Assembly: GCF_964355755.1 (NCBI RefSeq)
Contig: NC_092675.1
Coordinates: 14,046,912 to 14,110,911 of the forward strand
DNA from: Antedon mediterranea
Lineage: Eukaryota; Animalia; Echinodermata
Length of the DNA stretch: 64,000 nt
Direction of reading: 5' to 3'
Position numbers and translations under genes: made by a program. A model generated the notes under the pieces. The model was given only the letters and a program-made list of their open reading frames with translations, was not told the origin of the DNA and ran no database searches. Below are positions 13,681 through 25,570 of this stretch, piece by piece (position 1 is the first letter of the stretch; each line of letters starts with the position of its first letter).

Positions 13681-14912
13681 AAAAGTACAGTTGCATCTAT
13701 TGTTTTTGTAATCAAGATGACATCAGAACCAACAATGTTCCTCAAGCCTGTAGATATCTCAAGGCCTACAAGTCTATTGTAGACCATGGCAGTGAACAAA
13801 AAGAAGCAAAACAATATCGCACAGCGTTGTTAGACCATACCTGGTAGACATTGAATTAAACAGGGTAGGTAAATAATCATAACCACCTCTTTAGAAAGTT
13901 TAATACACACTCCAAACAATGAAATGTGTGTTTGTACTTCATATTATTTATTAAAGAACAATGTTAGTATAAAATAACTGTCGAAACAAACAATTGTTAC
14001 AGTAATTTATAAATATACCTCTTTTCTTTATTAAATATTCCCTCAATCAACTATTTTTCCAGGTGTCAATATGTTATAATATTCAACATGCGACAGGTTG
14101 CTGACATCTTGACTGGTAAATTCAAATGTTGTTTCAACTTTACATTGACATTACATAATAACTCAATTGGTCAAGTTGCTCTTTAAATATACATTGTCCC
14201 TTTGAGCATAGAATTTCAAAATTGTTTATCCTATTTTTATGCATAATAAAGCAAACCTTTGGCTGGAACTTATTTTCCTATGAATTATCCATATATTATC
14301 ATTATCTGCTACAAGAAATAGTTGTTAACATTTTTAAAATATAATAATTTTGATGCTCATTTCTTATGCAGATTGACATTTATTTGGTTGACCAATATTG
14401 TTTAATCTCAGGTGATCATCTAGCAGAAAGAGAAAATCAGAAGCTGCAGCACATTGACATGCTACAAAGTACAATGATTAAAATCCAGTCTTTAGAAGAG
14501 AATCAAGAGCATTTAAGAAATGAACTCTCAGTGTCACTTGTGACAAAACAGCATAGTAAGATTGCAGAGACTGGCCACAGAATAAATCTAAAAGAACAAG
14601 AGGTCAAAGACTTGGTCAGTCCTACATTATACACCTTTAAAATTATGTCTAAAACATGCAAATACTATAAAAATTAATGCCATATTTCTTTTATATATTT
14701 TATATAGCGAACTACTATGAACCAAGAGATTTGAAACTGGACCTCTATGTACAAAAATGGACGAGGTATTTAGAAAAAATAAATTCCTCGACAGCAGTAC
14801 CATGGAAAAAGTTTTGTGGGAAATCATGAAGTCACATCTGACGTTTATTTCACCTGAGATCCAGCATGAAGTAACTAGGCCGGTAACTAAGTGGAGAAAA
14901 GTTGAGGAATAG
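13681..14912 (+). pseudogene. Decayed, intron-containing DDE transposase fragment (central zinc-binding region to C-terminus)
   Basis: Putative AG/GT-bounded exons read by hand. 13681-13864: KYSCIYCFCNQDDIRTNNVPQACRYLKAYKSIVDHGSEQKEAKQY/HSVVRPYLVDIELNR. 14063-14115: degraded. 14412-14614: DHLAERENQKLQ...LKEQEVKDL (coiled-coil-like; part of ORF 14366..14677). 14708-14912: with frameshifts, FETGPLCTKMDEVFRKNK/IPRQQYHGKSFVGNH, then MKSHLTFISPEIQHEVTRPVTKWRKVEE*. The CxxC...AKxY..V..P and GN motifs parallel RAG1 YICTLC...KGVSAKPF and MNGNFAR. Frameshifts and deletions make it non-functional. Confidence 0.75.
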
Positions 14913-15070
14913 TTTGCTATTTCTCAGTTAATTGTTACAGTATTGCATATTATTATGTACAGTATACTGTATGAATGGTAGTATTTTTGTGTGTTATTGC
15001 TAGAACAACGATTTTGAAAATATTTAACAAATGGTATATGAATTGTAATTGAATTTAATTTTTGGGAAGC

Positions 15071-15979
15071 TATTTAATTTTAATTTGGTTTATATATATT
15101 ATTGATTGATAACGGAAATTGATGTTATTTAGTGATTTAGATTGTGATTGCATATATAATACAATACAAATATGAAAGAAATATGCATTTATAATTAAAT
15201 ATCTAATGTCGCAGTACTCTATAGCTTCTTTCTATTAATATATTACAGATCTTTGACTAAGACATGCTAGGTAGGCTGCTAGTCTTTAACCTGCTGATGA
15301 TGTAGCCTAGCCTATATAGTATAGGCCTAGCTAGGCCTGTAACCTGGCCTACTCTGTACTCCTCTCTCCCAATATGAATGATTATTAAAAAAGCTTAGGC
15401 CTAGGCTAGGCCTAATTTTTAATTAAGACCAGGAACAAGTAATTAATCAGCTTTATAACAGGTCAACTGTCACTCAGGCCCCCGAATAGACATGTTTACG
15501 TGTTAAAATAAACAGTTATTTTATTTTAATTTGGTTTATATATTAATAATTATTTATTGATAACGGAAATTGATGTTATTTACTGATTTAGATTGTGATT
15601 GCATATCAAAATAATAAATATACAATACAAATATGAAAGAAATATGCATTTATGATTAAATATCTAATGTCACAGTACTCTATAGCTTCTTTCTATTAAT
15701 ATATTACAGATCTTTGACTACGACATGCTAGGTAGGCTGCTAGCCTTTAACCTGCAGATGATGTAGCCTAGCCTATTATATAATATAGGCCTAGCTAGGC
15801 CTGTAGCCTGGCCTACTCTGTACTCCTCTCCCAATATGAATGATTATTAAAAAAGCTTAGGCCTAGACTAGGCCTAATTTTTAATTAGGACCAGGAACAA
15901 GTAATTAATCAGCTTTATAACAGGTCAACTGTCACTCAGGCCCTCCGAATATACATGTTTACGTGTTAAAAATAAACAG
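15071..15979. repeat. Internal tandem duplication (~445 and ~463 bp) within the DNA transposon
   Basis: Copy 1 is ~15071-15515 and copy 2 is ~15517-15979. Both run TAATTTGGTTTATA...GATAACGGAAATTGATG...TAGGCCTAGCTAGGCCTG...CATGTTTACGTGTTAAAA(A)TAAACAG, with scattered substitutions and small indels. Confidence 0.92.
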
Positions 15980-16471
15980 CCATTAGTCTTACACAGCTGG
16001 TTTTAACCACGCAAGGGAGCCTGGGCATAGCCTATTATAAGCTAGCATAGGAAAAAATCCAGCCAGGCAATATGAATACAATCCTTGTTAAAACATTCAA
16101 GGATAACTAAAGTATCCAACTAAATCAAAGAATTCAACAGAAAAAATTATTTTTAAACTGATATGGAAAACAACATTTATACCTACTTTTTTAAATGTAT
16201 CGCTTGAGAAAAAAACTGGCGTTGGGTGTACAATTTTCAATTACATTACCTCTTAAAATCCACGTGATAAAACGACGACAACATGTTTTTCACCTTCATC
16301 CAGGGTTGTTCTAATGAATATTCATTATTTTTCTGACTTTCGCGGTCTTTATTTGTTTTTATTGGCTATTAAAAAACAGTCGTTTTATGCTTGATTGCTT
16401 CCGGGTTTCCTCATGTGGTTTGTATACAATATGTTTTCGGAATCGCTACTCCATAAAACGCTATGAAACGT

Positions 16472-16512
16472 TGGGGGCGCTGCACTTAATTCATATTTCT
16501 GGAACAGCTGTG
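16472..16512 (-). repeat. Right bipartite terminal inverted repeat
   Basis: Read on the minus strand: CACAGCTGTTCCA (16512-16500), then a 12-bp spacer, then AAGTGCAGCGCCCCCA (16487-16472), a 13/16 match to the left subterminal box. Confidence 0.75.
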
Positions 16513-19500
16513 CAAAGGGTTTAGAATAGCTTCAAATCGCATTTTGAGACGTTTTAGACCATTTTGTGATTTTCGAAAAAACTTGTTAACATAAAAACAA
16601 AAAAGTGCTTAGAATAGCTTCAAATCGCATTTGGAAACGTTTTAGACCATTTTGTGATTTTCGAAAAAAATTGTTAACATAAAAACACCAAAGTGCTTAG
16701 AATCACATTATAAACCGTTTTAGACCATTTTGAGCATTTCAATAACAATTTTCACACAAAAACATCAAAGAGCACAAAATAGCTTAATATCGTATTTAAA
16801 AATGTTTTAGACCATTTTGAGCATTTAGATAAAACTTTTTCACACAAAACACCAAAGTGCTTAGAATAGCTTCAAATCGCATTTGGAGACGGTTTAGACC
16901 ATTTTGTGATTTTGAAAAAACTTGTTAACATAAAAACACCAAAGTGCTTAGAATAGCTTCAAATCGCATTTGGAGACGTTTTAGACCATTTTGTGATTTT
17001 CGAAAAAACTTGTTAACATAAAAACACCAAAGTGCTTAGAATAGCTTCAAATCACATTTGGAGACGTTTTAGACCATTTTGTGATTTTTGAAAAAACTTG
17101 TTAACATAAAAACACCAAAGTGCTTAGAATCACATTATAAACCGTTTTAGACCATTTTGAGCATTTCAATAACAATTTTCACACAAAAACATCAAAGAGC
17201 ACAAAATAGCTTAATATCGTATTTAAAAATGTTTTAGACCATTTTGAGCATTTAGATAAAACTTTTTCACACAAAACACCAAAGTGCTTAGAATAGCTTC
17301 AAATCGAATTTGGAGACGGTTTAGACCATTTTGTGATTTTGAAAAAACTTGTTAACATAAAAACACCAAAGTGCTTAGAATAGCTTCAAATTGCATTTGG
17401 AGACGTTTTAGACTATTTTGTGATTTTCGAAAAAACTTGTTAACATAAAAACACCAAAGTGCTTAGAATAGCTTAAAATCGTATTTGAAGACGTTTTATA
17501 CCATTTTGAGATTTTCGAAAAAACTTGGTTACACAAAAACATCAAAGTGCTTAAAATCACATTATAAACCGTTTTAGACCATTTTGAGCATTTCGATAAC
17601 ACTTTTCACATAAAAACTTCAAAGAGCACAAAATAGCTTAATATCGTATTTAAAAACGTTTTAGACCATTTTGAGCATTTCGACAAAACTTTTTCACACA
17701 AAACACCAAAGTGCTTAGAATAGCTTCAAATCGCATTTGGAGACGTTTTAGACCAATTTGTGCATTTCGATGAAACTTGATTACACAAAAACATCAAAGT
17801 GCTTAAAATCACATTATAAACCGTTTTAGACCATTTTGAGCATTTCGATAACACTTTTCACACAAAAACATCAAAGAGCACAAAATAGCTTAATATCGTA
17901 TTTAAAAACGTTTTAGACCATTTTGAGCATTTAGACAAAACTTTTTCACACAAAACTCCAAAGTGCTTAGAATAGCTTCAAATCGCATTTGGAGACGTTT
18001 TAGAACATTTTGTGTTTTTCGAAAAAACCTGTTAACATAAAAACACCAAAGTGCTTAGAATAGCTTCAAATCGCATTTGGAGACTATTTAGACCATTTTG
18101 TGATTTTTGAAAAAACTTGTTAACATAAAAACACGAAAGTGCTTAGAATAGCTTCAAATCGCATTTGGAAACGTTTTAGACCATTTTGTGATTTTCGAAA
18201 AAGATTGTTAACATAAAAACACCAATGTGCTTAGAATCACATTATACACCGTTTTAGACCATTTTGAGCATTTCGATAACAATTTTCACACAAAAACATC
18301 AAAGGGCACAAAATAGCTTAATATCGTATTTAAAAATGTTTTAGACCATTTTGAGCATTTAGATAAAACTTTTTCACACAAAACACCAAAGTGCTTAGAA
18401 TAGCTTCAAATCACATTTGGAGACGGTTTAGAACATTTTGTGATTTTGAAAAAACTTGTTAACATAAAAACACCAAAGTGCTTAGAATAGCTTCAAATCG
18501 CATTTGGAGACGTTTTAGACCATTTTGTGATTTTCGAAAAAACTTGGTTAAACAAAAACATCAAAGTGCTTAAAATCACATTATAAACCGTTTTAGACCA
18601 TTTTGAGCATTTCGATAACACTTTTCACACAAAAACATCAAAGAGCACAAAATAGCTTAATATCGTATCTAAAAACGTTTTAGACCATTTTGAGCATTTC
18701 GACAAAACTTTTTCACACAAAACACCAAAGTGCTTAGAATAGCTTCAAATCGCATTTGGAGACGTTTTAGACCAATTTGTGCATTTCGATGAAACTTGAT
18801 TACACAAAAACATCAAAGTGCTTAAAATCACATTATAAACCGTTTTAGACCATTTTGAGCATTTCGATAACACTTTTCACACAAAAACATCAAAGAGCAC
18901 AAAATAGCTTAATATCGTATTTAAAAACGTTTTAGACCATTTTGAGCATTTAGACAAAACTTTTTCACACAAAACACCAAAGTGCTTAGAATAGCTTCAA
19001 ATCGCATTTGGAGACGTTTTAGACCATTTTGTGCATTTCGATGAAACTTGGTTACACAAAAACATCAAAGTGCTTAAAATCACATTATAAATCGTTTTAG
19101 ACCATTTTGAGCATTTCGACAAAACTTTTTCACACAAAATACCAAAGTGCTTAGAATAGCTTCAAATCGCATTTGGAGACGTTTTAGACCATTTTGTGAT
19201 TTTCGAAAAAACTTTTTAACATAAAAACACGAAAGTGCTTAGAATAGCTTCAAATCGCATTTGGAAACGTTTTAGACCATTTTGTGATTTTCGAAAAAAC
19301 TTGTTAACATAAAAACACGAAAGTGCTTAGAATAGCTTCAAATCGCATTTGGAAACGTTTTAGACCATTTTGTGATTTTCGAAAAAAATTGTTAACATAA
19401 AAACACCAAAGTGCTTAGAATCACATTATAAACCGTTTTAGACCATTTTGAGCATTTCGATAACAATTTTCACACAAAAACATCAAAGAGCACAAAATAG

Positions 19501-22500
19501 CTTAATATCGTATTTAAAAATGTTTTAGACCATTTTGAGCATTTGGATAAAACTTTTTCACACAAAACACCAAAGTGCTTAGAATAGCTTCAAATCGCAT
19601 TTGGAGAGGTTTTAGACCATTTTGTGATTTTTGAAAAAAAATGTTAACATAAAAACACCAAAGTGCTTAGAATAGCTTCAAATCACATTTGGAGACGTTT
19701 TAGACCATTTTGTGATATTCGAAAAAACTTGTTAACATAAAAACACGAAAGTGCTTAGAATAGCTTCAAATCGCATTTGGAAACGTTTTAGACCATTTTG
19801 TGATTTTCGAAAAAACTTGTTAACATAAAAACACCAAAGTGCTTAGAATAGCTTCAAATCGCATTTGGAAACGTTTTAGACCATTTTGTTATTTTCGAAA
19901 AAAATTGTTAACATAAAAACACCAAAGTGCTTAGAATCACATTATAAACCGTTTTAGACCATTTTTAGCATTTCGATAACAATTTTCACACAAAAACATC
20001 AAAGAGCAAAAAATAGCTTAATATAGCATTTAAAAATGTTTTAGACCATTTTGAGCATTTAGATAAAATTTTTCACACAAAACACCAAAGTGCTTAGAAT
20101 AGCTTCAAATCGCATTTGGAGACGTTTTAGACCATTTTGTGATTTTTGAAAAAACTTGTTAACATAAAAACACCAAAGTGCTTAGAATAGCTTCAAATCA
20201 CATTTGGAGACGTTTTAGACCATTTTGTGATTTTCGAAAAAACTTGTTAACATAAAAACACGAAAGTGCTTAGAATAGCTTCAAATCGAATTTGGAAACG
20301 TTTTAGACCATTTTGTGATTTTCGAAAAAACTTGTTAACATAAAAACACGAAAGTGCTTAGAATAGCTTCAAATCGTATTTGGAAACGTTTTAGACCATT
20401 TTGTGATTTTCGAAAAAAATTGTTAACATAAAAACACCAAAGTGCTTAGAATCACATTATAAACCGTTTTAGACCATTTTGAGCATTTCGATAACAATTT
20501 TCACACAAAAACATCAAAGAGCACAAAATAGCTTAATATCGTATTTAAAAATGTTTTAGACCATTTTGAGCATTTAGATAAAACTTTTTCACACAAAACA
20601 CCAAACTGCTTAGAATAGCTTCAAATCGCATTTGGAGACGTTTTAGACCATTTTGTGATTTTTGAAAAAACTTGTTACCATAAAAACACCAAAGTGCTTA
20701 GAATAGCTTCAAATCACATTTGGAGACGTTTTAGACCATTTTGTGATTTTTGAAAAAACTTGTTAACATAAAAACACGAAAGTGCTTAGAATAGCTTCAA
20801 ATCACATTTGGAGACGTTTTAGACCATTTTGTGATTTTTGAAAAAACTTGTTAACATAAAAACATGAAAGTGCTTAGAATAGCTTCAAATCGCATTTGGA
20901 AACGTTTTAGACCATTTTGTGATTTTTGAAAAAACTTGTTAACATAAAAACACCAAAGTGCTTAGAATAGCTTCAAATCACATTTGGAGACGTTTTAGAC
21001 CATTTTGTGATTTTCGAAAAAACTTGTTAACATAAAAACACGAAAGTGCTTAGAATAGCTTAAAATCGCATTTGGAGACGTTTTAGACCATTTTGTGATT
21101 TTCGAAAAAACTTGTTAACATAAAAACACCAAAGTGCTTAGAATAGCGTCAAATCGTATTTGGAGACGTTTTAGACCATTTTGTGCATTTCGATGAAACT
21201 TGGTTACACAAAAACATCAAAGTGCTTAAAATCACATTATAAATCGTTTTAGACCATTTTGAGCATTTAGATAAAACTTTTTCACACAAAACACCAAAGT
21301 GCTTAGAATAGCTTCAAATCGCATTTGGAGACGTTTTAGACCATTTTGTGATTTTTGAAAAAACTTGTTAACATAAAAACACCAAAGTGCTTAGAATAGC
21401 TTCAAATCGCATTTGGAGACGTTTTAGACCAATTTGTGATTTTCGAAAAAATTTATTAACATAAAAATACCAAAGTGTTTAGAATAGCTTAAAATCGCAT
21501 TTGGAGACGTTTTAGACCATTTTGTGATTTTCGAAAAAACTTTTTAACATAAAAACACCAAAGTGCTTAGAATAGCTTCAAATCGCATTTGGAGACGTTT
21601 TAGACCATTTTGTGATTTTTGAAAAAACTTGTTAACATAAAAACACCAAAGTGCTTAGAATAGCTTCAAATCGTACTTAGAGACGTTTTAGACCATTTTG
21701 TGCATTTCGATGAAACTTGGTTATACAAAAACATAAAAGTGCTTAAAATCACATTATAAACCATTTTAGACCATTTTGAGCATTTCGATAACACTTTTCA
21801 CACAAAAACATCAAAGAGCACAAAATAGCTTAATATCGTATTTAAAAACGTTTTAGACCATTTTGAGCATTTCGACAAAACTTTTTCACACAAAACACCA
21901 AAGTGCTTAGAATAGCTTCAAATCGCATTTGGAGACGTTTTAGACCATTTTGTGATTTTCGAAAAAACTTGTTAACATAAAAACATCAAAGTGTACAGAA
22001 TAACTTCAAATCGCATTTGGAGACCGTTTTAGGCCAATTTGTGATTTTCGAAAAAAACTTGTAAACCTAAAAATACCAAAGTGTTTAGAATAGCTTCAAA
22101 TCGCATTTGGAGACGTTTTAGACCATTTTGTGATTTTCGAAAAAACTTGTTAACATAAAAACACCAAAGTGCTTAGAATAGCTTCAAATCGCATTTGGAG
22201 ACATTTTAGACCAATTTGTGATTTTTGAAAAAACTTGTTAACATAAAAACACCAAAGTGCTTACAATAGCTTCAAATCGTATTTGGAGACGTTTTAGACC
22301 TTTTTGAGATTTTCGAAAAAAATTGTTAACATAAAAACACAAAAGTGCTTAGAATCACATTATAAACCGTTTTAGACCATTTTGAGCATTTCGATAACAA
22401 TTTTCACACAAAAACATCAAAGAGCACAAAATAGCTTAATATCGTATTTAAAAATGTTTTAGACCATTTTGAGCATTTTGATAAAACTTTTTCACACAAA

Positions 22501-25500
22501 ACACCAAAGTGCTTAGAATAGCTTCAAATCGCATTTGGAGACGTTTTAGACCATTTTGTGATTTTTGAAAAAACTTGTTAACATAAAAACACCAAAGTGC
22601 TTAGAATAGCTTCAAATCGCATTTGGAAACGTTTTAGACCATTTGCTGATTTTCGAAAAAGATTGTTAACATAAAAACACCAAAGTGCTTAGAATCACAT
22701 TATAAACCGTTTTAGACCATTTTGAGCATTTCGATAACAATTTTCACACAAAAACATCAAAGAGCACAAAATAGCTTAATATCGTATTTAAAAATGTTTT
22801 AGACCATTTTGAGCATTTCGATAAAACTTTTTCACACAAAACACCAAAGTGCTTAGAATAGCTTCAAATCGCATTTGGAGACGGTTTAGACCATTTTGTG
22901 ATTTTGAAAAAACTTGTTAACATAAAAACACCAAAGTGCATAGAATAGCTTCAAATCGCATTTGGAGACGTTTTAGACCATTTTGTGATTTTCGAAAAAA
23001 CTTGTTAACATAAAAACACCAAAGTGCTTAGATAAGCTTCAAATCGTATTTGGAGACGTTTTAGACCATTTTGAGATTTTCGAAAAAACTTGGTTACACA
23101 AAAACATCAAAGTGCTTAAAATCACATTATAAACCGTTTTAGACCATTTTGAGCATTTCGATAACACTTTTCACACAAAAACATCAAAGAGCACAAAATA
23201 GCTTAATATCGTATTTAAAAACGTTTTAGACCATTTTGAGCATTTCGACAAAACTTTTTCACACAAAACACCAAAGTGCTTAGAATAGCTTCAAATCGCA
23301 TTTGGAGACGTTTTAGACCAATTTGTGCATTTCGATGAAACTTGATTACACAAAAAACATCAAAGTGCTTAAAATCACATTATAAACCGTTTTAGACCAT
23401 TTTGAGCATTTCGATAACACTTTTCACACAAAAACATCAAAGAGCACAAAATAGCTTAATATCGTATTTAAAAACGTTTTAGACCATTTTGAGCATTTAG
23501 ACAAAACTTTTTCACACAAAACACCAAAGTCCTTAGAATAGCTTCAAATCGCATTTGGAGACGTTTTAGACCATTTTGTGATTTTTGAAAAAATTTGTTA
23601 ACATAAAAACACCAAAGTGCTTAGAATAGCTTCAAATCACATTTGGAGACGTTTTAGACCATTTTGTGATTTTCGAAAAAACTTGTTAACATAAAAACAC
23701 GAAAGTGCTTAGAATAGCCTCAAATCGCATTTGGAAACGTTTTAGACCATTTTGTGATTTTCGAAAAAACTTGTTAACATAAAAACACGAAAGTGCTTAG
23801 AATCACATTATAAACCGTTTTAGACCATTTTGAGCATTTCGATAACAATTTTCACACAAAAACATCAAAGAGCACAAAATAGCTTAATATCGTATTTAAA
23901 AATGTTTTAGACCATTTTGAGCATTTAGATAAAACTTTTTCACACAAAACACCAAAGTGCTTAGAATAGCTTCAAATCGCATTTGGAGACGTTTTAGACC
24001 ATTTTGTGATTTTTGAAAAAACTTGTTAACATAAAAACACCAAAGTGCTTAGAATAGCTTCAAATCACATTTGGAGATGTTTTAGACCATTTTGTGATTT
24101 TTGAAAAAACTTGTTAACATAAAAACACGAAAGTGCTTAGAATAGCTTCAAATCACATTTGGAGACGTTTTAGACCATTTTGTGATTTTTGAAAAAACTT
24201 GTTAACATAAAAACACGAAAGTGCTTAGAATAGCTTCAAATCGCATTTGGAAACGTTTTAGACCATTTTGTGATTTTCGAAAAAGATTGTTAACATAAAA
24301 ACACCAATGTGCTTAGAATCACATTATAAACCGTTTTAGACCATTTTGAGCATTTCGATAACAATTTTCACACAAAAACATCAAAGAGCACAAAATAGCT
24401 TAATATCGTATTTATAAATGTTTTAGACCATTTTGTGATTTTCGAAAAAACTTTTTCACACAAAACACCAAAGTGCTTAGAATAGCTTCAAATCGCATTT
24501 GGAGACGTTTTAGACCATTTTGTGATTTCGATGAGACTTGATTACACAAAAACATCAAAGTGCTTAAAATCACATTATAAACCGTTTTAGACCATTTTGA
24601 GCATTTCGATAACACTTTTCACACAAAAACATCAAAGAGCACAAAATAGCTTAATATCGTATTTAAAAACGTTTTAGACCATTTTGAGCATTTAGACAAA
24701 ACTTTTTCACACAAAACACCAAAGTGCTTAGAATAGCTTCAAATCGCATTTGGAGACGTTTTAGAACATTTTGTGTTTTTCGAAAAAAACTGTTAACATA
24801 AAAACACCAAAGTGCTTAGAATCACATTATAAACCGTTTTAGACCATTTTGAGCATTTCGATGAAACTTGATTACACAAAAACATCAAAGTGCTTAAAAT
24901 CACATTATAAACCGTTTTAGACCATTTTGAGCATTTCGATAACACTTTTCACACAAAAACATCAAAGAGCACAAAATAGCTTAATATCGTATTTAAAAAC
25001 GTTTTAGACCATTTTGAGCATTTAGACAAAACTTTTTCACACAAAACACCAAAGTGCTTAGAATAGCTTCAAATCGCATTTGGAGACGTTTTAGAACATT
25101 TTGTGTTCTTCGAAAAAACCTGTTAACATAAAAACACCAAAGTGCTTAGAATAGCTTCAAATCGCATTTGGAGACGTTTTAGACCATTTTGTGATTTTTG
25201 AAAAAACTTGTTAACATAAAAACACCAAAGTGCTTAGAATAGCTTCAAATCACATTTGGAGACGTTTTAGACCATTTTGTGATTTTCGAAAAAACTTGTT
25301 AACATAAAAACACCAAAGTGCTTAGAATAGCGTCAAATCGTATTTGGAGACGTTTTAGACCATTTTGTGATTTTCGAAAAAACTTGTTAACATAAAAACA
25401 CCAAAGTGCTTAGAATAGCTTCAAATCGCATTTGGAGACGGTTTAGACCATTTTGTGATTTTGAAAAAACTTGTTAACTTAAAAACACCAAAGTGCTTAG

Positions 25501-25570
25501 AATAGCTTCAAATCGCATTTGGAGACGTTTTAGACCATTTTGTGATTTTCGAAAAAACTTGTTAACATAA
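16513..25570. repeat. Tandem satellite DNA array, block 2
   Basis: Same monomer family and orientation, resuming in register after the CAAA TSD. Confidence 0.98.

Larger units (their letters stand above)
12750..16512 (+). mobile_element. Non-autonomous cut-and-paste DNA transposon, Chapaev-like (RAG1/Transib-related transposase remnant), 3763 bp
   Basis: Termini are CACAGCTGTTTCA... and ...TGGAACAGCTGTG (10-bp perfect, 12/13 inverted match). The 4-bp TSD is CAAA (12746-12749 and 16513-16516); removing the element and one CAAA restores the satellite CACCAAAGGGTTTAGAATAGC seen intact elsewhere (e.g. near 5296). CAC/GTG termini with a 4-bp TSD are the described Chapaev hallmarks, whereas Transib and RAG-like elements make 5-bp TSDs. 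Internal transposase-like exon remnants are present. Confidence 0.85.

Noticed and set aside
12801-13814. ORFs 12801..12995, 12956..13186, 13449..13814 (and 14627..14827)
   Set aside because: AT-rich with no recognisable motifs. The minus-strand ORFs at 13449 and 14627 are antisense shadows of the transposase exons.
12750-16512. Bona fide RAG (ProtoRAG/RAGL) or Transib transposon
   Set aside because: The TSD is 4 bp (CAAA), not 5 bp (CCAAA vs CAAAG mismatch). No RAG2-like sequence is seen, and the peptide motifs differ from the RAG1 core.
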